Part shown: in pieces, positions 11,801-23,734 of the stretch | Layout of the letters: each line of letters begins with the position of its first letter | Position numbering within the stretch: position 1 is the first letter of the stretch | Assembly: GCF_001194135.2 (NCBI RefSeq) | Contig: NC_068991.1 | Span: 17,150,388 to 17,214,387 of the forward strand | Length of the DNA: 64,000 nucleotides | Reading direction: 5' to 3' | DNA from: Octopus bimaculoides | Lineage: Eukaryota | The notes under the pieces: model-generated | What the model saw: the letters and a program-made list of their open reading frames with translations, nothing else | Databases searched by the model: none | Told to the model about the DNA's origin: nothing | Translations under genes and position numbers: made by a program

Positions 11801-12658
11801 GGAGATTGTGGAGTGCGAGAAAATTTCTCAAGAAACAGATAGAAAGCGTATGCGGACTGAATCGCCGCCAAAGGACCCCCCAAAAAAGAGAGGAGGAAAA
11901 AAAAAAGACGGAGAAGGAAATGGAAACCGAAAAAGACGAAGCTGAGAATCGAACCCAAGATACAGAGCACGAAAAAATGAAAAGAAAGGAAAAGCGGAGG
12001 AATTGGTCGAACAAGATAATAGACGAGCAGACAAGAGCAAGGATGGAAGGGAAGGTAATTGGAAAAGTTGATTATAAAAATATCAAAACAGTGATTTTTT
12101 ACGACAAGGATTTAGAGTTGGAAAAGACGATTGCAAGAATAAAAGGATTAGTAAGACTTAAACTGGACCCTGAAACGTTTGAAGAAAAAAAAAAGCTATA
12201 TTGGTGGAAGAGTATGTGATGCAGAGACTGCAACGGATACACCCGGACAAGTTTAAAATAAGTGGATTATACGTGGGCTACGACACCCTGCCAAGTGTAG
12301 TAACGGTAGAGGAGCTGTGGCCACTTTCAATTGTTAATAAAAAAATATGATCATTAACTGTATGAGAAAACTGTTAAATGAAACTGCGAGTTTTGGGGGA
12401 CTCGTAAGCGATTTCATCACCTCATTGTAAGTAATTCATTTCATTCATCAGTCATTCTTTGTACCCCACGTATTGTATTGCTTTGTCTGTCCTTGTAGTG
12501 TCCCCCTCTGTGTTAAGGCCTTAAGTGCCGAATAAAAAATAGGACTGTGTTGAAAGTCGTGTCTTACAGAGCTAATAGCAATACTGTGTATACCGAAGTG
12601 GGCTTTATAATAATCTAACATTATTAAGATTACAACAGTGCCGAACAGAGATAAAACA
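8898..12658 (+). mobile_element. Ty3/gypsy LTR retrotransposon, internally deleted (gag, protease, integrase; no RT/RNase H), degenerate
   Basis: 5' LTR 8898-9009 (TGTTGTA...TACAACA); PBS-like GTGACGACGAGG; gag fragments 9242-9943; protease KLKFDTCSDMTII (10038-10445); integrase RLHID...FARFGIP...TAPYHPRSNGQAERFVDTF (10520-11047); split 3' LTR 11458-11498 and ~12570-12637; TSD ATTGC at 8893-8897 and 12659-12663. Confidence 0.88.
11499..12540 (+). mobile_element. ORF1-only non-LTR retroelement (HAL1-like), 5'-truncated copy 2, inserted in the gypsy 3' LTR
   Basis: DALVHITLPDLHNIAEEVELPDGTRLKVVVEGRPPICYKCKSRGHMQAVC (CCHC) aligns with copy 1; a K/E-rich region and RIKGLVRLKL segment follow; ends TTTGTCTGTCCTTGTAGTGTCCCCCTCTGTGTT...AATAAAAAAT, the same tail as copy 1 and SINE A. 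Confidence 0.75.
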
Positions 12659-14330
12659 ATTGCCAAGATTAACAGCATATCTACTCGCCAATGAGTGCAT
12701 CAACAAGTGTCTCCAAAAATGCTGGGTCCCGATATACTCTGGGTGCCTTGATCTTACATCAGTAATCAACCACATCATCAAGGAGGCAAAAAGGAATAGC
12801 ATACTTCTATAGCATATTTAGGACCTCATCAAAGCCCACCAAAGTGTGCCTCACAAGCTAATCTAAAGTGTATTGGAGTACTACCAAATACCAGAAGCTA
12901 TAGTCAAGCTCGTGATGTCGCACATATATTCGTTAAAGATGAGGTTCACTGTGGGAATTTCATCACCAAACGACAAGGACTCGGGTATTTTGGCAGAGTG
13001 AACATTGTCCGTGGTCTTGTTTATGGATGCTGTGAACCTCCAATAAATGGTGGGAAGAAAGTAGTCTAGAGAACCAGAAACAGATGACAATACAAGATAT
13101 CTTCGGTGATGGCACAACAGTCATGAGATCAACCATCCAAGGAACATGGCGAATCTTGAGCTCACTTGGAAAGATGACCGTATAGTCACGTATGAAATTC
13201 AGTCCAGGAAAATCTCGGAACCTAAGTATCATAAAACGAATTGACCAATAACATCTTTAGCAATCTGAGATTCCAACAATTTGGAGGAAAAAAGTCTATC
13301 ACTTCCAGTATGGCACCATAATCAGACTGCAGTGGTCGTTCATTATAACTCTGGGAAATCAATTGGAGAGATTGCATAGTAAATTCCAGCGAAATGGTTG
13401 AGTGTTACCCCAAATTTCAACTCAGTTAACCTGTACAGCAAGACTTCTATGTTCCACTCAGTGATGGAAGTACTGACGTGAGAAAATTGTCCTCACTCCT
13501 ACGCACCGTTGCTTATATTTTGTCAAACCAAATAACCCTTACAGTCCAAGGCAAGCAGGAAGACACATCCTGCAAGCGGTGTGGAGCAACTGTTTGTACC
13601 TTGAACCACGTTTTGACCGGATACCCTATGGCACTGGAAGAAGTCTGATACAGGTGGAGGGGCGATAAGGTTCTTATAGAAATTTTCACACGGACGGACC
13701 TGTAGAGAATGAAGCCTCGGTCATCACCATTCAAAGATATCAAACTCCTAAGGGAAAATGATAAGGCTCCTAAAACAAAAGCAGATTGGCGGGGACGTTT
13801 TCTATTTTGCATCATGCCTCAGACTGAGAAATGCAAGTGAATCTAAAGAGTAAGTCATCTTTCCGGAAGGGGTGGCAGTAACAGCCCTACAATAAACATG
13901 TTCCTGCTAACTGGGAACATAAAAACAATTGTCGTTGCTAGGTGGATGGATCTCACCACCCGAAGAAAGTCAATTATCAAGACTTGTTAGATGAATCTCT
14001 TGTCGAATGATGGCATGTAACTTTATTCTCCATTGAAGTCGGCTGGTGCGATTTCCAGCAAGTTCGGTGCGCTATTTCCAGCAGGGGATCAATTTGGAAC
14101 CTAAACACTTGCCAAAAGCCACCTAAGAGATAGCCATGACAGTTTGGACGAATTCAAAGGGGTTTTGGTTGAAATCGCTTGTGTGACCTTTCATGCGAGT
14201 GAATACTAATTCAGTCCTCGCTGATCCTCTCCGTCGAAGCGTATAGGCTGAGGGGTGAAACGCTTGTGATCCTGAAATATCTGACAATGATACTGAAGGG
14301 TTTCCATCATCAAGATAGCTTTAGCTACCA
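12659..14330 (+). mobile_element. HERO/NeSL-like RLE LINE, degenerate RT-to-nuclease region (small 5' piece at ~8805-8897)
   Basis: Broken frames RLTAYLLANE.IN...DLIKAHQSVPHKLI...MRFTVGNF...SVVLFMDAVNL...MKFSPGKSRNLSII, and an LFSIEVG motif near 14030. The piece KENSAGLDQ...SII before the gypsy TSD continues into it. The clade call comes from remembered motifs. Confidence 0.7.
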
Positions 14331-14430
14331 TCAGTAGAAGAGCTTGCAGTATCCTTAAGTAGCTTCTGCAATTTCTGTGTAAGGCAAACCATTTCTGAGA
14401 TTTATTTCACTCACATACATACATACATGC

Positions 14431-14554
14431 CAGGGCCGCCCTTAGGGTTGCTGGCGCCCCGGGCAAGTTGAACTTCGGCGTGTACAAGCTAACGGTCGAG
14501 GATATTTCCTTGTCTTTGTCACGCCCCGGGTGACTGCCTGAGTTGCCGGCCCTG
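14431..14554. mobile_element. MITE with CAGGGCCG...CCGGCCCTG TIRs and near-perfect 8-bp TSD (hAT-type)
   Basis: TSD ATACATGC (14423-14430) / ATACATAC (14555-14562). Confidence 0.65.
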
Positions 14555-15295
14555 ATACATACACACACACACACACAACGGGCTTCCATACAGTTTCTGT
14601 CAACGAAAAAGTCACCTTATCTCACAGAACCCTTGAACTTTTTCCATGAAACCATGGATATCTTGTAACCTACTTTGAGAAGCACTGGTGTAGAGTTTTT
14701 TTTTTTAGTTTAGCTTCCAGTTGATTGCTTTTCGGAAAACGCTAAACGTGTATAAGCACAAAGAAATCTTCGTATATTCCACATTATGTCTTATATTCAT
14801 TGTCGTAACACTGAAAACTGAGACTTTGGACTCACTTGTTTCAAATTTCTGGTTAAACACCTGTTAATTCTATCAACAGATATTAATTGCGAGGTTAAAA
14901 TACAGAACTTAACTAGTGATCATGAGGTCTAAGTCATGAGGTCATAAATCAATGTGTAGTGATACAGAAGAAGGGGCGTAACTTTGCACGTTCCAACATC
15001 TCACAGGAGCCAAGGAACCTTCTAAGTCAGTCACAGGCAAACTGCTGCCCGCGTGTCTTCCTATATGGCACACTTAACGAAAAGTTTCCTTGAATTTTTT
15101 TTAGTAATACCTCATGCAGCCTACTTCTCCAAAAAGGCTGCCCGTACCTATTTAAAGTACTCGATCGGACTGCTACAAATAGCAGTCAAATCTCCCTCAA
15201 ATCAAATCTACTAACATAAAAAGAAAAGGGCACGTCAGACGATGTAGCAACAAATTCTATATTGTTGGGAAAATACATAGACTAGGTGATCACGG

Positions 15296-15411
15296 GGCGA
15301 AGGTAAAGAATACGCACACCCGGTGGTTAGGATTAGTGTATGGGTTTAGGGTTAGAGTTAGGGTTTTTGTTTCGCCGAAAACGAGTGGTGTGCGTGTTCT
15401 TTACCTTCGCC
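15296..15411. mobile_element. 116-bp MITE with 25-bp TIRs, perfect 8-bp TSD and telomere-like core (Merlin-like)
   Basis: GGCGAAGGTAAAGAATACGCACACC and its reverse complement with one mismatch; TSD GATCACGG at 15288-15295 and 15412-15419; core GTTAGGATTAG...TTTAGGGTTAGAGTTAGGG. Confidence 0.85.
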
Positions 15412-16254
15412 GATCACGGATGGACTACCTGTGATAGAGGTCTGCAAGACCACTGCAGATGTGGGATAAAAAAAAAAAAAAAAAANNNNNNNNNNNNNNN
15501 NNNNNNNNNNNNNNNNNNNNNNNNNNNNNNNNNNNNNNNNNNNNNNNNNNNNNNNNNNNNNNNNNNNNNNNNNNNNNNNNNNNNNNNNNNNNNNNNNNNN
15601 NNNNNNNNNNNNNNNNNNNNNNNNNNNNNNNNNNNNNNNNNNNNNNNNNNNNNNNNNNNNNNNNNNNNNNNNNNNNNNNNNNNNNNNNNNNNNNNNNNNN
15701 NNNNNNNNNNNNNNNNNNNNNNNNNNNNNNNNNNNNNNNNNNNNNNNNNNNNNNNNNNNNNNNNNNNNNNNNNNNNNNNNNNNNNNNNNNNNNNNNNNNN
15801 NNNNNNNNNNNNNNNNNNNNNNNNNNNNNNNNNNNNNNNNNNNNNNNNNNNNNNNNNNNNNNNNNNNNNNNNNNNNNNNNNNNNNNNNNNNNNNNNNNNN
15901 NNNNNNNNNNNNNNNNNNNNNNNNNNNNNNNNNNNNNNNNNNNNNNNNNNNNNNNNNNNNNNNNNNNNNNNNNNNNNNNNNNNNNNNNNNNNNNNNNNNN
16001 NNNNNNNNNNNNNNNNNNNNNNNNNNNNNNNNNNNNNNNNNNNNNNNNNNNNNNNNNNNNNNNNNNNNNNNNNNNNNNNNNNNNNNNNNNNNNNNNNNNN
16101 NNNNNNNNNNNNNNNNNNNNNNNNNNNNNNNNNNNNNNNNNNNNNNNNNNNNNNNNNNNNNNNNNNNNNNNNNNNNNNNNNNNNNNNNNNNNNNNNNNNG
16201 GAAAACTTTTCATGGGAAGGATAACTTCCCTTGGCAAAAATAGACAGGACACAG

Positions 16255-16410
16255 ATATGTGTCGATAAGCCAGCTGGAGGAGATGTTCTCCTGGGGCTAA
16301 AAGCAACAGTAACATCCACCCTTAGGGGTCAGCCACATTTAAATGGCAAATATACTTCACTTTATCGTGCAGTTACTGTTAACACCTCGTTCAGAGATTT
16401 AACATTGCTT
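16255..16410. repeat. ~150-bp dispersed repeat; inverted second copy at ~35740-35888
   Basis: GTGTCGATAAGCCAGCTGGAGGAG...TTCAGAGATTTAACAT is the reverse complement of the 35.74-35.89 kb segment with few mismatches. Confidence 0.8.
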
Positions 16411-16497
16411 GTTTTCAAATATAAATAAGGAGAAAGTATACTGTAGGCGCAGTTATCTCCCTTGTCAGCGGGTTTAAACAAGCTCATGCTAAAATGA

Positions 16498-16748
16498 TAC
16501 AAGCAGCGGTGAGATTCTGACACGAGGCTTTGTGACTTACGTTTTTGGCATCTAGATGTCGTAGAGCAAGCACATATAGTCTTGTTGGCTCTCTTACGAC
16601 ACGCAGTGACTAGCAGACACAAGGTAACACACAGAAGAAGAGCATGGCCTCCACGCATCAAACTAGATCATGTCTTTGCTTTCTGATGTCTAGATGCCAA
16701 AAAGAGGAAGTCGCAAGGCCTCATATCAGAATCTCACCACTGCTTGCA
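16498..16748. mobile_element. MITE-like element with ~75-bp imperfect terminal inverted repeats
   Basis: AAGCAGCGGTGAGATTCTGACACGAGGC...GGCATCTAGA pairs with TCTAGATGCC...GGCCTCATATCAGAATCTCACCACTGCTT. Confidence 0.7.
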
Positions 16749-16987
16749 CCATCTAGCTTGAGCTTGTTTTGAACCTGTTGTCAAAGGAGGTAACTTGCCT
16801 ACAGAGCCCTCCCACTCACCTTAGACTGGAAGCAGTCGAATAAGAGTAATGTAGGTGAAGTACATGTGCACTAGGAGGGCACAGAAGAATGAAATATGGC
16901 AAGACAGTTGTATGAACAATCGAAAAAATACAATGCAAGTATGTACAAGGAAAGGTGTCCAGTCAAATAGAACAAAGTATATATGCG

Positions 16988-17190
16988 CAGGAGTGGCTGC
17001 GTGGTAAGTAGCTTACTTACCAACCACATGGTTCCGGGTTCATTCCCACTGTGTGATACCTTGGGCAAGTGTCTTCTACTATAGTCTCGGGCCGACCAAA
17101 GCCGTGTGAGTGGTAGGCGGAAACTGAAAGAATCCCATCGTATATATGTATGTGTGTGTATATGGTTGTGTGTCTGTGTTTGTCCCCCCA
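16988..17190 (+). mobile_element. tRNA-derived SINE, family D; other copies ~19875-20305 (+), 25160-25335 (+), 25985-26120 (-), 30040-30180 (-), 36765-36930 (+), 50862-51200 (+), 60535-60690 (-)
   Basis: Head TGGCTGCGTGGTAAGTAGCTT...GGGTTCA, then CCTTGGGCAAGTGTCTTCTACTATAG...GGAAACTGAAAGAA shared between copies. Confidence 0.85.
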
Positions 17191-17399
17191 NNNNNNNNNN
17201 TATATATGTATGTATATATACACTTGGCACAATCTACATATTGTTTATACTTGTAGCATGCGTAACTGTTCTCAGTTACGCACTCCAAATACTGTGGAAT
17301 GGCGGCTGCTGAAGGAAAATGTCACAAGTCCACATTCACAAACATAAAATGAGAAATTCATAAACCGTAATCAGGTTTTTTAAAGAAAAAATGTGCATC

Positions 17400-18240
17400 G
17401 AAAATGCGCTTAACGAAGAAAGCAGAGTAAAAATAAACATTAAGTAAATCACGAAGATCGACATCACACGTGAGAAAGAACAACAATAAAACAAAAGCAA
17501 AGAGCAGAACAAGTGTAGAATGCCAAGAAAAATAAACCAGAACAACAGAAATATTAAAAAGAAAATCAACAATATGTTAAATTTATGAACAGGAAATTCC
17601 TAAGATTGGAATCATGTACATAACAATAATCTAAATGTAGAAATGATTAAAGAATTGAAATCAATAGATGATATTCATAGGAATGTATATTACTTGTATA
17701 CAATCAAACGATCAAATAAGAAACGCAGGCGTGGCCACCACAGACTCCTTGAAAACATACACGAACGTCAATATCCTCGGGTTAAATTTAATAATATATA
17801 CAGCAACCACTGTAGTTGCTGTGTAATGTGGGCTGATGTCTTACATCTATTCATGGGAAAATCACAACACATGCAAATATGGAGAAATATATGACAAAAT
17901 ACAGAAGAAAAAATATATCATATCGTTATGAAATCAGAGAAAATCGTGACCAATTGAAACAAACAACGAGAAATGTTACAGAATTATAAAAATAATATAT
18001 ATAAACATGTTCTTTAAACTGAAGAGCACCTTAAGTGAAAAACACTAGCTAAAAAGGCAAAAATATGTCAAAGGGCCAATAAAACACACCGTTCAGCACC
18101 AAGGCAACAGTAATTTTACGAGAAATTTGTAAAAATATGGAATTTAATCCAACACAAACACAAGAAATTAATGACCTTTAGAGGACGAAAGGTTATCGAA
18201 GGAAACACCAGAAACATGGCTATTCTTAAAGAAAGTACAG
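17400..18240 (+). mobile_element. Highly degenerate LINE-like fragment, possibly the N-terminal region of an R4-type ORF
   Basis: A-rich coding-like strand with broken frames (IKELKSIDDIHRNVY..., AKKAKICQR...FYEKF); weak. Confidence 0.3.
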
Positions 18241-18405
18241 ACTACGTAAATATTTATGTAAAGCTATTGCAGTGATAGTGATCCAGCGGCAATTGTATTG
18301 ATTAGGAAGGTACTGGAAAATTATAGCATCCATAACTAGCATGGTTCATCTGCAACGAAGGATGCACGACAAACAGTTTTTCAGAACTTCACCTCGAGGG
18401 TCAGA

Positions 18406-18450
<45 letters not shown>

Positions 18451-19169
18451 AGTCACCATATATGCTTTTTAGTTCCCCTCTATGAATATAGTAAGCAATT
18501 CTAAGAAAGACTTATTGAACGCAAAATGACGTAGAGGTTTTTTATTTTTTAATACCTTAAATGATTTTTTAAATTCTATCTACACCAATCTCCAAATGAT
18601 GTGTTGGGCAATTGAATATGTTCTGAATATTTATAAATATCATTCGTAGATCCAAAGATTTCAAACTTGTAGGATTCTATATGAAGTAAATGTATCATTC
18701 ATTCCAAATTCTTGAAATATTTAACTTTTGTATTTTGAGGTTGTATGAAGAACTTAGGGAAGTGTGCTATCCATTTAGCCATTTGTTTTTAACTTTCGAA
18801 TACAGTAAGCAAAGTTTGACAGCAGATTCAAAGTATTTTCAAACACACTGAATGAGAATATATTTACATGCTCCCTCAAACATTCGTTTTCTGCTCTAAG
18901 CTCGGCGGTCAGACAAGTTCTCTTGCATAGTATTGCAGGATATATGTTATGCGTAGCGAATATTTTGACATACGTCATATTCGCGCGTAATAGGCTTATA
19001 ATACCTTACACATTGCCTTTCATCTCGCACATCTCATTTGTAACACATCGTGCTACCGCATAAAAGTCAAACTTAAATGCATGGATCACATATTTAAACA
19101 CACGTAAACACACACACAGTTATATGGATCTTCCATATATATGTACTATATACACACACAAGCAAGAGT

Positions 19170-19200
<31 letters not shown>

Positions 19201-20679
19201 AACATATGTAAATTTGAGTTGCAAAAGACAAATAATTTGCTTCTAAAGGGAAATGATAATATCTGTAAGCAATATTAAAATCAAATTATAATCAACAGAT
19301 CTTGACTTCGGTTTTCATCATATAATTTCTTACTTCTGTATTTGTTATTTTTTTTGGGGGGGGGAGGCATGTCACCTCTTGAAACATAATATTTATATTA
19401 GATGCATTAAATACATTCAAACGAACACGTTTACATTCCATTCGTATCATACTTCATTTAGATTTTACTGCCGTTAATATTGTATCTAGGGTAAAATCAC
19501 AGAAACAAAATATATAATCGTGAGCATTTTGCCCATTAGAAATCTATCAGACTCTATATTCAAAGGAACGATTTTAAACAAGTTACAAGTTCATGTTTTC
19601 TCGTAGACAATGCTCTTAGACTTCACCTACATATTTTAAAGTCAATCACTTCTAATAAACATACATCTCTACTAAAAATATAATACCATTCTTCAACCAT
19701 CGGCGCACGGCTCGATGAACGCAAAGATGTTGGAAGTATGGCGGCACTTCTTAGTCTGCCATAAACCATGGGACTTATGAGAGCTGTACTTGATCCGATT
19801 TCCAATATTGATGTGATCCACAAGATAGAACGCCATCCACTAATAGACATTTATCCGATCTTCACATGTATATATAAGCCTGGCTGAGCGGAAGGGAGCT
19901 TGCTTCTCGATTACATGGTTCCTGATTCAGCCCCACTGCGTGGCACATTGGGTATGTATGTTTTACTATAGTGACGAGCCGACTGTAGCCTTCTGTGATT
20001 TGGCCGATGGAAGCTGAAAGGAGCCCATTGTGTGTGTNNNNNNNNNNGCCCATCGTGTCTATATATATGTGTGTATGTGTGTTTATGTCATTGTGTCAGT
20101 GTTTGTCGCCCCATCGCTGCTTGACAACCAGTGTTGGTGTGTTTATTATGTCCTTGTAACTTAGCAGTTCGACAACAGAAAAAATCCCTAGAATAAGTAC
20201 GAGGCTTTAAAAAAATAAGTCCTGGGGTTGATTTGTTTGACTAAAACCCTTCAAGGCAGTGCTCCAGCAAGGCCACAATCAAATGACTGAAACAGAGAGT
20301 AAAATAATATATACATGCATGCAGGCATATAAATAATATTTAAAGAATACAATATTTATTGATCCATTTCAGCCAATCTTACAAATAATCAGTTTGAATG
20401 AGGTAATTATGTGATTATGCAAGACTGCACTCATCAAAATGGTTGATATTCACCATAGCTTTCCCTACTGTCCATTCTGACAAGTGTAGTCCTGAGCAAT
20501 TTCCTAATTACCTAATTTGTGTGTGAAACCAATTGATAAGATTTGCTTAAATGGATCAATAAACTGTATTCTATAAAGATTGATATACCTATTGGTATAC
20601 CTATGCTGTGCTTGAGAAGGTCCATTTAGACAAGTGAAATCGTAGTCATGGCTAATGCCACTGTCACATATCTGGCACT

Positions 20680-21030
20680 CATGCTGGCGGCATGTAAAAA
20701 GCACCATTCGACCTTTGGGCCTCACAGAGGCAGTGACAAGTGACTGAGACTTTTGGAAATAAACTGTGCTTGAGAAGACATGTCAAGCCAAGTAAGTTCA
20801 TAGTCGTGACAGATGCCGGTGTGTTGTAACTGGCACCCATGCCAGTGGTGCATAAAAAGTACCCACTACAGTCTTGGAGTAGTTGGCATTAGGAACTGCA
20901 TCCAGCTGTAGAAACCATGCCAAATGAGATTGAAACTTGGTGCAGCTCCCCAGCTTACCAGTTTTCAGTCAAACTATCCAACCCATGCCAGCATGGAAAA
21001 TGGACATTAAATGATGATGACGATGCCTAT
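20680..21030 (+). repeat. Dispersed family E with internal short tandem units and (ATG)n tail, probably an RTE-type LINE/SINE 3' end; copies ~36930-37300 (-), 38060-38375 (+), 55840-56110 (+), 57920-58545 (-, two), 63745-63910 (+)
   Basis: Shared GGTTGGCRTTAGGAAGGGCATCCAGCTGTAGAAA...CCAACCCATGCCAGCATGGAAA...GACGTTAAATGATGATGA. Confidence 0.8.
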
Positions 21031-22799
21031 TCTATTGGTAAATTTATGTCTAGTTCTTTTTTCTAACTTGTGGATTCTTATAAAAATGCGTGTGTGTGTG
21101 TGTGCATATACACACACATATATCCCTATATATACAAATACATACATATGCAAAATATTTACTCTAGATCAATGAACTAACAATGTAAGTTATACCTCTC
21201 ACCTTTATCAATTGAAATAACCTAAACCAATTCAATCCAAAAAGGTACGAAATAAACTAACCAAGAACTCTTAACAATTCTCAATTCAAATTTCTGACTT
21301 AAGAATCTAAAAATATCTAAAATAAGTTTATAGATAAACCCCATAAATAAGTATCAGAAACCAGCATTATAATTTATAAACAACCATACTTACAAATATA
21401 TAATAATCAATCAGATGACCTTAGAAATATAATCAGCTAAGGAATAAACTTAATAAAACTAGGAATTCCCCCTTCAGCTGCCTAACAGGCAACATGATTT
21501 TGGTGCCTCTTAGAAGCATACGATCTAATATTGCCTGAGAATATACAAATCCAGTAGTTTGCAGCCAGATTATTATTACAAACTTGACCACTTGTTACCT
21601 GATTACATAACACAAAATTCAATTACAAAATCAAAATTCAATTAAATAAATTACAAAATCAACAATCAACATTTATAAAGATTAAATTAAAATGTAAATA
21701 AATACAAATAACACAAATTAAAATAATCAACATAGATACACTAAAATCACAAATGTACCTATACTATGAACCTATTCAGAGACAAATAGTTACAACTAAC
21801 AAATTACATATACTAACCAGCTATAAACTCAGAATATCCTAGGTGCCCAAACATTGTAAATCAGACATGACTGTTGTTTGAACTACCATTTATAATGAAA
21901 TAACACGACTTAAACACCTTTAATAACTTATAACATGAAATTTAAATTACTAAATAACTAATATAATAATTCCAATAAAATTAACTTTTCTACTCACCGC
22001 AAAACCTGTACTTGTACTTTATCAAAACAGGGTGGGCTGAAGTCTAATGTTGCGGAAGTGACAGAAATCATCTGATGTGTAACATCAAAACAAAATATGT
22101 ATTGACTACTCAAGGCCACTTCTTTTCTCATTGGACCCATATGCAGTCACTGTAAACATAACTATATAACTGTAAATACACTTCTTAGTTAATTCTATAA
22201 TTCACTCATACCTACCCATTTACTATATTATATTTAACATTTTAATTTAGCTTCAAGCTGTCAATCAAAATTATTGCTTCTTCATTTGAATATTATTATG
22301 CACATTTCAAATACACTTAAATTTCTTAGTCAATCTTTTAGTACTAAAATATTTTTTAGTGTAATCATTTGTTTAATCAAATTTCTAGTATTTAAAAAAT
22401 ATATCCTTGTGTACTTCTTCCATACTTAATTATAACATACTAAATCTATCCCTCTATCAATCTAATCTTTTAAATAAGTTGCAAACTGTAAACTTGAAAC
22501 CATTCCATATTTACTCAATATATCATTTTGTATAAGCCAAGTAGACTTAACTTCCTTAAATCTTTTAGACAGACAGAAAGGTAGGTAGGTAGATAGATAT
22601 AATAGATATACAGGACTTGGACAAAATAATGGAAACACTGCTCTCAGCATCATCACCACCGTCATTTAACGTCCATTTTCCATGCTGGCATAACTATTTC
22701 TTTCTATTGGTTAAAAGACAAATTCAAAACTGCTCTGGTCCATATATATGTGTTCACATGTATTATGTATGACTTGTACTTCCTGATATGGCCTTCTGT

Positions 22800-23730
22800 T
22801 TCCCATTTTTCATTTGCAAGTGCATGACCCATCTAAAAGAGGGAATATTCTTGGAATGTGGATGGCTGGTGCTTCATTCACTAAAACTGTTAAATTGTTT
22901 AATGTTTTGAGAAGTACAGTTTCTGAAATCATGATAGCATTCCAAAATCAAGATAATGCCAGTTCGGGCAAGCATATAACTGAACAGAAGGCAAATCTCA
23001 GAGAGAGAGAGAGCATAGAATAGGGAAATGTAATGTGTTTAAAAACCATCAAACTATAGCAGCAAAAGTGATAGGAAAGCTAAATCACCTCATCAGTTTG
23101 TGCCAACCAAAACCATTTATTATGAGCTCCATAAAGCTGGATGCCATGGGAGAGCTGCAATTGTTAAAATTCTCTAGATCTCCATCAACATGAATAAGTG
23201 GCAAAAATGGTGTCTAGACTATCAGAAGTGATTAATAGGTCAATGGAAAAAAATGTCATCTTCTCTAAGGAATCATTATTCACCCTTTTTGCCCCTTTTG
23301 GGGTAAATTTATGTCCAGAGACAAAAGTAGCCTTCAACTCTGACTTTTGGCCCTACTATGAAGTGTGGAGGTGAATCTGTGATGATTTGGGCAGCCAAAT
23401 CATGGAATTCTTTTAGTCCTTTAATTGTTCTACATGGCAGAGTTAATACCAAGAATTATCTGAATATTTGGGCTGATCATGTCCATCCTATGGTACAAAC
23501 ACTGTTGGTTATGCAACCTTCTAGGATGACATTGCATCAATTCACACAGCCAATGTTACTCAAAATTAGTATGAAGAACACAAGCGTGTATTAGACCATT
23601 TGGATTGGCCTTAACAATCACTGGATCTCAACATAAATGAAAATTTATGGTGCACTTGGAGTAGCAAATGAGGAAGCACTTGCCACTTCCATTCTCTCTG
23701 AAAGAGCTAAAGCAGGTTTTACTGAAAGAA
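22800..23730 (+). mobile_element. Tc1/mariner transposase pseudogene
   Basis: KRGNILGM...FNVLRSTVSEIM (HTH); MKCGGESVMIWAA...GRVNTKNYLNI; DD.ASIH; WP.QSLDLNI.ENLW resembling Tc1 DD34E motifs; multiple stops and frameshifts. Confidence 0.85.
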
Positions 23731-23734
23731 GAGC

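Noticed and set aside
21180-21990. Possible mitochondrial insertion (NUMT) suggested by base skew
   Set aside because: Spot translations showed no recognisable ND, COX or CYTB motif. A BLASTn against a cephalopod mitogenome would settle it.
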